Origin: Octopus vulgaris
Taxonomy: Eukaryota
Direction of reading: 5' to 3'
Length of the DNA stretch: 64,000 nucleotides
NCBI GenBank assembly: GCA_951406725.2
Contig: OX597815.1
Location: forward strand, 210,676,001 to 210,740,000
In this document: piece by piece, positions 55,225 to 64,000 of the stretch
How the letters are laid out: each line of letters begins with the position of its first letter
Position numbering within the stretch: the stretch's first letter is position 1
Translations under genes and position numbers: made by a program
The notes under the pieces: generated by a model
Seen by the model: the letters and a program-made list of their open reading frames with translations, nothing else
What the model was told of the DNA's origin: nothing
Databases searched by the model: none

Positions 55225-55444
55225 TGCGAGGGAGCGCTGAAATGTTCCTGGCTTTGGGTAAAAGGAAATACAGGAGGATCAGTTAATTATGGTATTATCC
55301 AACATATTCCTCTGTCCGATTCACACACTCCCTGCAGTGGTCCTTCAGCTTTCCTAAGCGCAGTAAATAAATCTGGAAGGCTGAGCCTCCAACCAGATTT
55401 TTCCCGATAACCTTAGAGCAGGGAACTTTACATCAGCCCTTTAT
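55225..55444. mobile_element. Mariner-derived MITE
   Basis: TIR cgaggg..gctgaaa.gttcctgg and degenerate inverse; related fragment at 63275-63385. Confidence 0.6.
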
Positions 55445-55764
55445 ATGTGTTCGTTAAAACTGCGTAAAGTTTGTTGCAGAAATAATTATGTACAGACACA
55501 AACTAATATATGGAAGATGGTATCAACCAATGCCTTCTGTTATTTCGTTTGACCTTGAGGGCAAGCTAACGTAATCGCATTCACATCTCCTGGTAATTAT
55601 TTATGAATAAAAGAAAAACACTGATTGAAAAATTATAAAACATTCGTACACACATATACACACACTCACGCAGGTACACACATACGAATACATATTTATA
55701 TATACCTAGATACATTCAAGTATTCGGAAGTATTTATATATACGTATATATGCACATGCATATT

Positions 55765-56594
55765 CAAGGTAGGTGAAAAGTAAGTAGGCATTAGAAATTG
55801 GGCATAAAATTCATATTCCTTTTACAAATTTATTGTATTAAATGATTCATGTTCTTTATTACATGGCGAAATGAAAGTAAATCTTCATATTTCAACGTAA
55901 ACACCGATGGCGTCAACCTATCTTCTGAAACGACTACGGATGAAATGAGCAACCTTTTGAAGGACGTTGTCCTGAATCCTTGTCTTCAAAGTCTTCCAAT
56001 GAGCGAGGTTTTGTCTTGTACACCTCCCCTTTTGTCTAATCCCACAGGTGAAAATCACATGGAGATCCGGACAACTTGGAGTCCATTCTATATTCCATTT
56101 TGCGGTCACAGTCTTCAGGTTTTAGCTCCTGCACGTAATGGGATTTCCACGGACGAAGCTCCAATTCTTTAGGCAACGCCATACGTACTGTGTGTCTTGT
56201 TAGTCCACTTTCACAAGCTGCTTGACGTGTTGATTTTTGTGGGCTGCGATTAAACATTTTCTGCACTTTTGCCACGTTCTTTTTGCAACGTTCACAGAGC
56301 CCGTGGTCATCGGCTTTGCATGACAACTTTTTATTGTCTCCGGGCGTAGTATTGCATGCTTACTTTTCCATGCGCACCACCATCTTTAAACAAAAACAGT
56401 GTAATTCCACACTTAATTATGTGATGCTATCTTAATTCACTCCTAAATAGTCAAGCGACCGGCCATCTGGATAATAAGGAATAAGAAATTTCCACCAGTG
56501 TTGTCAGTTTAAAAAATGTTTTCGTCATGACTTCAGTGATACTAAAAATTATATAAGCAGTTTTAAATACCTAGTTACTTTCACCCACCCTTTA
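55765..56594 (-). mobile_element. Tc1/mariner-superfamily relic with TIRs
   Basis: TIRs aggtaggtgaaaagtaagtagg / cctagttacttttcacccaccct; 'RSPQKSTRQAA.E.GL..TV..L..RPWK..VQELKPED' and WPPRSPDL/CDF.LW remnant. Confidence 0.85.
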
Positions 56595-57134
56595 CATGTG
56601 TATGTGTGCGTGCATGTGGGTTTGTATACATAGAAACACGTATATATGTATATTTACGTACATATATACATAAACAAATATATATACATATCTATGCATT
56701 TGTATTTATATATACATATTTATACACACACATGTAGATACATATATGTAACTGTGCATGTGTGTGTGTATGTATGATGTGTCTTTATGTATTCCGAGTA
56801 GCCCGACAGTGTGTTGTTCTACTTCGTCTCCATGTCTAATCTCGTCGTTCATATCTCAGATAGAGAGATCAAGCGTAATATCGGTAGACATTAGTTTATA
56901 TAATCCCAACGCATCATTGGATAGAAGAACGGAGTTTCTTATATCATAAAGAATAGATATATTTGTATTAAAAAAGTTACGTGTGATACAAAAGAAAGCT
57001 CATTAAATATTAAAAGTTATTGTATCCGGATTACGTAGGAACAGAGGTGGATAATCTGGTATTTAACTCGTCGAGCACCTTAGGCTATTTCATACCAGAT
57101 TTTCCCCATAGCTTCTCACTTTCAACACAATGCA

Positions 57135-57267
57135 TTTCAGTTTCCGTCTACCAAATCCACTCACAAGTCTTTGGTCGCCTCGAGGAGGCTATAGTAGAAG
57201 ACACTTGTCCGAGGTGTCACGCAGTGGGACTGAACCCGGAACTATGTTGGTCGTAAGCAAGCTACTT
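57135..57267 (-). mobile_element. SINE family B body; head continues at 59301-59328 beyond the ORF1-only insertion
   Basis: Sequence resumes as accacacagcc after the TSD. Confidence 0.85.
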
Positions 57268-59300
57268 TATTTCATTAAATTTGTCATGAAGAAAGTACAA
57301 AGATTGGCGGGCTGGACAAACACATTAATGAATGAAAATGAAATAAAATTAATAAATGAGAGACGAAACCCAACACCCGCCGATTGAATTTTTCTCGAAC
57401 AATTTTCTGTTTTTAAAAATCAATATGAGGTTTCAAACCTCTTACAAGAAGGAGGCACTAAAACCTCTTACTTAACATGTTTTTTGTTTTTAACATACAA
57501 TTGAGGTTATAAGCCACTACAAATAATACAATAAGATGAAGTTTCAAACCCTCTGACGAGACTTGTTCACCTCCTACTCTTCGATATATCTATCGATATA
57601 TCCATCATCTTCAATGCCTGTATCCCGCCATTTCCTATGCCTCACTCATGTAGGCCATATGCGACACTCCTCCCCAAATCCTTTAAGCCTTTCTCACAAG
57701 GGAAACCTTATGTCCTCCTCCGCTATCAGCGAAGGCCATTCGGGATCCCGTGTGAAGGGCTTATCTACTGTCTCTTTATGCTCTTCTACTATTTTTTCCA
57801 CCTCCCCGCCCTTGTAGAAACAGATAATTAATTCATCATCTTTAAGAATAGGGATTGTTTCTTCCACCCTGGGTGGCACAATTTCGGGACATGCAGACGG
57901 TAATCATTTCCCTCTGCGATGCCCCGTCTTCTTTCTTTTCTTTCTTTTCTTCCTGACTTCGGGAGAGTGGAGCTCTTCTGCTTTATCCGGAGTCTCTCCC
58001 CCACCTCCCGAAGCCTTAGGGTCCTTCGGCAGGCAACCAGTGTTGCCCACCTTCTTCCTTTTGAATCCTTTTTGGGTTGAGGACCGGGTAGGAGAGGTGG
58101 CATCTAGTGACTGTTCCAGGCCCTTACCATGGTGCTGGGGGCAGTTCTTTTTAATGTGGCCTGGCTGCAGGCACACGTGACGCTTGGGGGGACGTCACTC
58201 AAGTATCACCGGATACCTGGAGCCACCCATTTAAAATAATCTGGAAAAACTATATCTGTTGCAGCCGATGGGGTCAACAGGGTCAAAATCGATTTTGACC
58301 CTTCCCAATCAACCGCCGGCAATACCCTTGCATTTAAGAGACTGGTCCCGCTATCCCCCAGTCCCCATCGGATGGTATCTTCAATCCAACCCGCCTTGGT
58401 GCCCGGGGGTAACCCACATACCCAGGCTCTTATTAATTTCCTCCCGCAGTATGACAGGAGAGACAGAATTTCGTTGCCTCCAAGGGGTGACTTGCGAAAT
58501 TGCGAGCCTTCTCCAGTGTGTGAAACAGCAACCGAACGGTTGTATGCTTGACACCGCGGGATATGTATTTCACAGAGGACAAATAGTCTTTCAGTTCATT
58601 TTCTATAACTGGTTTTGGGAAGATGCTGATGGTATCAAGAACTTTAGAATAAGTTCTAACCACCACTGTCCTCTCTTCCATATCTTTTAACCTCTGCTTG
58701 GGTGGGACAATCTCCCACTCCAAAACAGCGGCACCATTCTTTATCGCCATGAGGAAGGAAGTTCAAATATCCACAAAAATAGAAAAACACTAGAAAAAAG
58801 AAAAAAAGTCCGAACGAAAAAATAGACAGTAAAACATTAAACAAAAGAAAACAAAAAGGACAGTTAAAAAAAACACGGAAGAAATAAAAATATGGTTCCA
58901 AATGCCAACTACACAATTCCGGCCACAGGTACTCCTGGTCCTCTTCTTTGGTTGGTACTCCGAGCTGGAATCTTAAATCCACAGAAAACGAATCTTCGCC
59001 ACAATGGGCCACAAAAATTTTCAATGACTGGAACAAACTTTAATTTTTGGGCGGGGATACGCCCCCAACATTCTTTCAACAAGCAAGAATCACAATAGTC
59101 GCCAATAGCAGGCGAAATTGTCCCAGAGCTGGCCGAAATTTACTGAAAAAAATTCCAAAACAATAAATCACGCCCAGCTCAAAACAAACAAAATCACCTA
59201 CTTCGAACGTACTTCTTAATCTTCAGTTTTTGGACTGAGCGCACTAGCTCATATCCTCCTTGTTCAAGTGTTGAAGCAAAACACCAACACGCATGCGCGA
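57268..59300 (-). mobile_element. ORF1-only L1/Tx1-type non-LTR retroelement (HAL1-like)
   Basis: 15-bp TSD gtaagcaagctactt at 57253-57267 and 59301-59315 splits a SINE; single degraded gag-like ORF; no APE/RT sequence seen. Confidence 0.8.
57570..58750 (-). pseudogene. Frameshifted ORF1/gag-like protein (RRM-like region + CCHC knuckle + basic region)
   Basis: Stitched frames: MAIKNG..; 'YCGRKLIRAWVCGLPP'; 'YPVILE*RPPK(R)HVCLQPGHIKKNCP', matching the L1/Tx1 ORF1 EG.P..CxxCxxxGHxxxxC pattern; K/R-rich tail. Confidence 0.75.
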
Positions 59301-59962
59301 GTAAGCAAGCTACTTACCACACAGCCTATATTGATGATATTTCTTTTAAAACTTTCTGTCCAAATTTGTATACCCCACGTTTAAATGCATTTATGTAGTA
59401 GCTGTGTTTTATGTAGACTCTTTCTGAACCTACAACCTATTCCTGCAAGACAAACTATTCCAGCAAGACATCTCTTTTACAGGACGGTAGCATTATAATT
59501 TTGGATACTGATATTACAATAAGAACACCAACTTTATAAATTATACAAAAGGAAATGTGTTCGTGAATTTTCCAATAATTAAAACTAATTTTTATAACAT
59601 ATACATTATTTAGTGTTATTCACTCAGACCATTGTAATATCATTTAATTTATTCAGTGGCATAATATTCAACAAAGAAACTATAATTACATATAGCAGAC
59701 AATAAATTAAGTTAACAATTGATTTTATTCTTTCGGTATAGAGTAGCATTTTCTCTAACCACAAGTACAACAAACTAGAAACTACTTGAGTTAGACTCTT
59801 CTGCATGCTTCCATACAGAAGTGCGTACAAATTTTTTTTTAAATATATCATACAGAGGAGTGAAAATGAAAATGTATGACAAGTGAGTATTAATAAAATA
59901 AGTAGTGCAAAACGATTGCAATAGGAAATTGAAACTGTGTCACAGAATCGATTAAGGCAAAG

Positions 59963-60385
59963 GATCTTTTCGGTTTGAACGGCAGTTTTTTCTAGCGGTG
60001 TCATATGAAATTGTCACCCTTAATTATGACCCTAGTATCGATCTATTGCATTTCAATCTGTTTGAGGGTTAGGGTTAGGGTTAGGGGTGGGGGGAAGGGT
60101 ATCTTTTTTTTTCTTCACAAATGTAAATAAACCAAATCTGTTTCTTAAACGAGGGACATATTCATACGGCACAGAATATTTTTTCACCTCAATGGACGTC
60201 ACTGATTGGTTGAAATTGCAGAAATTGAAGAAAAAAACAACAAATATCTTACAAACTATAGAATTTTCTCAATAAAGCCAAGAGAAAAAGATGTTTTATA
60301 AACACATTCTACCAGTGTACGAAGTTTAAAATTTTTTTAGTTACCTAGAAATTATGTTAAAAACTGCCGTTCAAACCGAAAAGAT
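59963..60385. mobile_element. Second copy (opposite orientation) of the TTAGGG-carrying MITE
   Basis: TIR atcttttcggtttgaacggcagttttt at both ends; (TTAGGG)3 plus G-runs at ~60065-60099. Confidence 0.88.
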
Positions 60386-60410
60386 TATATCCACAATATT
60401 TATGAATGAC

Positions 60411-60626
60411 CAAGGCGGCGAGCTGGCAGAATCATTTGCACGCTGGGTAAAATGCTTAGCGGCATTTCGTCGGTCTTTACGTTCTGAGTTCACATTCCGC
60501 CGAGGTCGACTTTGCCTTTTACCCTTTTGGGGTTGATGAATTAAGTACCAGTTGTGTACTGAGGTCGATCTAATCCCCCAAATCCCCTCCTCAAAATTTT
60601 CAGCCTTTTTGCCTTGAGTAGAAAAG
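60411..60626 (+). mobile_element. SINE family A with 16-bp TSD
   Basis: TSD aatatttatgaatgac at 60395-60410 and 60627-60642. Confidence 0.9.
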
Positions 60627-60650
60627 AATATTTATGAATGACTGAACGTT

Positions 60651-61000
60651 AGGCGCAAGAGTGGCTGTGTGGTAAGTAGCGTGCTTACCAACCACATGGT
60701 TCCGGGTTGAGTCCCACTGCGTGACACCTCGGGCTGACCAAAGTCTTGTGAGTGGATTTGGTAGACGGAAACTGAAAGAAGCCCGTCGTATATATGTATA
60801 TATATATGTGTGTGTGTGCATGTGTGTCTGTGTTTGTCCCCGGTGTGTTTATGTCCCCATAACTTAGCGGTTCGGCCAGAGAGACTGATAGAATAAGTAC
60901 TAGGCTTACAAAGAATAAGTTCTGGGGTCGATTTGCTCGACTAAAGGCGGTACTCCAGCATGGCCGCGGTCTGAAACAAGTAAAAGAGTAAAAGTGTAAA
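60651..61000 (+). mobile_element. tRNA-derived CORE-like SINE family B
   Basis: Head ggcgca.gagtggctgtgtggtaag, B box gggttgagtccc, internal TA/TG tract, tail ccagcatggccgc..gaaacaagtaaaagag. Confidence 0.9.
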
Positions 61001-61591
61001 AGAGAGTTTATTCCACCGATACCAACAGAATGCAATATTATATACATTAATTTTACTAGAAAATAAACATAAAAGATATACATATAGTCATGTGGTTTAG
61101 TTGTTCTCTCTTCACCTGCGTAGTTCTGGTTTCGATCTGACAATGTGGTACATCAGACAAGAGTTGATTCTAGTACGTTGTGAGTGAAAGATCCTTAAAT
61201 AAAACACAAAAACTGAAGATCGTAAAAGCGCTTAGAGAAAAAATACCCTCCATCAGGTTCGTGTTAATTCCGCTTCTTTTTATATTTATCTAATAATTTT
61301 TACGATAGTCCTAATGCAAATCACGTTTTTTTTATGCGTTTATATATACATATTTCAGGCTGTCCTAAAATGGTTTAAGCCAGTAAAAGAATAATGCATA
61401 TGGAGAATTGAGTTCAAATTCCGCCGAGGTCGACTTTGCTTTAATCCTTTCGGGGTCGATTAAATAAGTACCAGTTATCCTATTTTATTATGAAGAATCA
61501 TGTTATTATAAATGTGTTTTCAAGCTACACGAAACTAAATATCGTTCAATTAAATTTATGCATTCATATATACATAAATACATACATAAAT

Positions 61592-61658
<67 letters not shown>

Positions 61659-62429
61659 AAATAAAGAAAGTAAGAAAGCGTTTATTCATAAGCTGTGCCA
61701 TTAGATTCCTGTGATTTAGAGTTTCGATAGAAAGGGTTAAATATTTATGTATATAGCTGGCTTAAGATCAAATAAACTTTTGATAGTGTTCCAATATGGC
61801 TGTCCTAAAATGGTTTAAGCCAGTAAAAGAATAATGCATATGGAGAATTGAAGAACATGTGAGGTGGAAAGTATCTGTGGCAAATGAAGTTATCCTATTT
61901 TATTATGAAGAATCAGATAAATGTGTTTTCAAGCTACACGAAACTAAAATGTTCATGATGCATAGTGCTAGAAGGAACATTTATCATCACTTCATTTAAA
62001 CGCAGAAAATTATCTGTCTCAGTTTGCCCATTGCATAACGCCAGTCATTTTTGTACAAATCTTCTCTGTTTTTCACAAAGATGGTTAATCAAATTGTCAT
62101 TTTACTTTTATTTTGAAACAGTTTGCCTAAAATCTAAGTGTTTATTAAATGAGATTTGGTCGCTATATTCAAGCAGGTAGACAAACTAAACAGGCATTCG
62201 CTCATTAGTTTAGACATTCAGTGAGAAGAGATTTGTATTGGAGATAAAAAGGATTATTTCAGCTGCCATTTTGAAAGATTGCATAAGTGGTTTGATTAGA
62301 TATTGTGCATTGGCAGATGTAGATAACATTACCAGAAACATATGCAAAAAGATCAAATTGTTCCCGTTCCAGAGTAACAGCCAAGAAAAGAGAGAGTAGC
62401 TTCAGAAATGTAGCAATTCTGTAAGTCGT

Positions 62430-62625
62430 GGTTTCAAATTTTGGTAGTAACTTTGGGAGAGCTGGCTAAGTCGATTATATCAGCACTTATTCTATTGGTC
62501 TCAAAAGGATGAAAAAAAAAAAAAAATCGATCTCGGCAGAAATTTAACTCAGAATGTAAAGACGGACAAAATACTGCTAAGTATTCTGCCCAGTGTGCTT
62601 AAGATTCTGCCAGCTCGCCGCTTTA
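62430..62625 (-). mobile_element. SINE family A
   Basis: Degenerate reverse-complement copy. Confidence 0.7.
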
Positions 62626-62909
62626 GGAACTCCGAAGATAATCGCGATGAACCTAAGATGCAAATGAAAACTACTTTACACCATTTAAACAAATAAAGCT
62701 TTTAAAGTCATTGTGGATATTTTTAAAACATTATATATTTGTATATATACGTATGTACGTATATATATATGTATATATGGATGGATGGACGGATGGACGG
62801 ATGGACGGATGGACGGATGGACGGATGGACGGATGGATGGACACTGATCAAGTTTAGGTGCTGATTCTATATATTCATGAATGAATACATACATATCTAC
62901 ATACATTCA

Positions 62910-63197
62910 TCAGATTCACAGGTCGGCGTCGTAAACCACACGGCGTCACCTGATGACAGACATGGAAACACTCTAAGCAATTCAAACTCACCTTTGTGTA
63001 ATACGCGTGCGTGTCTTTGTGTATAAAAAAAAATCTTCCATAATCGATGTATTTCAACAATAAATCCAGTAATGAATAGTAGCTCACAATAAATAGGGCT
63101 GAAATCTCTTAGGACAAAAAATGTGCAAGATCACCTGCAGAACTTGAATCACGTACCTGCTGTTAGGTTGCCGTGATGACGCCATTACACTAAAGTG
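62910..63197 (-). mobile_element. Possible additional tRNA-derived SINE
   Basis: Minus-strand A-box-like tagtgtaatgg, B-box-like gattcaagttc; GC-rich tail followed by (ATGT)n. Confidence 0.35.
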
Positions 63198-63274
63198 GAA
63201 TTCCGACTTTCAGTTAGATGCTTTAATCGTGAATTAGATACGAGCGTGCATGTTTGTTTCCAATTTATGATTTT

Positions 63275-63385
63275 ATTCAACATATCCCCCTCTCAGATTT
63301 ACACAATAATTGCAGCGGTCATTCAGTTTTTCAAAGCTTTGTAAAAGAACTTGATAAGCCCGGTAGTTTTCAGCATCTCTCGTAC
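63275..63385. mobile_element. Partial copy of the mariner MITE
   Basis: Matches the 55285-55440 interior; TIR ..ttttcagcatctctcgTA. Confidence 0.5.
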
Positions 63386-64000
63386 AAAATGTGTAACTTC
63401 CATTCCTCACAGAGAAATAATTTGTTTCACCTTTCGAAACTTCGGATTTGATTTTTGCGACGTATTTCAAAATTAGTTTCCTTGGATTCTACTCTTTTTT
63501 AAAGTAATTAAATCAGTTGCTATATTTACTATACACGTTAAAACGAACATTTGACATGGTAAGTAAATTTATAGTAGAAATGATACTAAAATCGACGCTC
63601 ATTCTACAAACAAGCAAAACGATACTCCTGGAGCGAGCAAATCGATGCACGATAACTGAATGAAACCTGACATCAATAGTTAAATAATTTAGAGTCTTGT
63701 AGAAATTAGTATTATATAAAAAAAACGAAGTCGGCTTTATTCCTGAGATCTTAGAGTACAATAAAACAGCATTGGCACACATTAATGTATTTGCTGAATT
63801 TGCTGCAACACCTTACAGCATTGACAGACATAAAAATGTATTGTCCAAAAGTAAACAGAAAAATTAATATGGACGCTGGAAATACCGTTAATACAAAACA
63901 GGAATGTTCAATGATAGGCAAAAGACATGAGAACTTTTATTTTAGGTATATAGTTTACACACCACTTCACATACACGCTTACTCAGCCCCTTGCATGTGT

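Noticed and set aside
62948-62978. CTGATGA..GAAA motif
   Set aside because: Only 2-bp helix II; no helix I or III.

Overview
Eukaryotic, very AT-rich, microsatellite-dense non-coding DNA. The SINE repertoire and (TA)n/(TG)n/(TAA)n density look like an Octopus/coleoid cephalopod genome (inferred by recall, not searched). No host protein-coding gene can be supported; most listed ORFs are microsatellite read-through. The window is a transposon landscape: many tRNA-derived SINEs (at least 3 families), Penelope-like element (PLE) RT/GIY-YIG fragments, R4/Dong-type REL-endonuclease LINE fragments in TAA arrays, Tc1/mariner relics, MITEs (one carrying TTAGGG repeats) and large foldback palindromes. 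Most notable: (1) about nine type I hammerhead ribozyme motifs in PLE-type termini, showing C3-G8, U3-A8 and G3-C8 versions of the core tertiary pair; the G3-C8 version sits in a small non-coding foldback element (two copies) with a ribozyme on each strand; (2) a 2.0-kb ORF1-only (HAL1-like) L1/Tx1-type retroelement inserted into a SINE head with a 15-bp TSD; (3) two independent SINE-head/PLE fusions, both joined just upstream of the RT YxDD motif, one giving an open 410-codon chimeric ORF.
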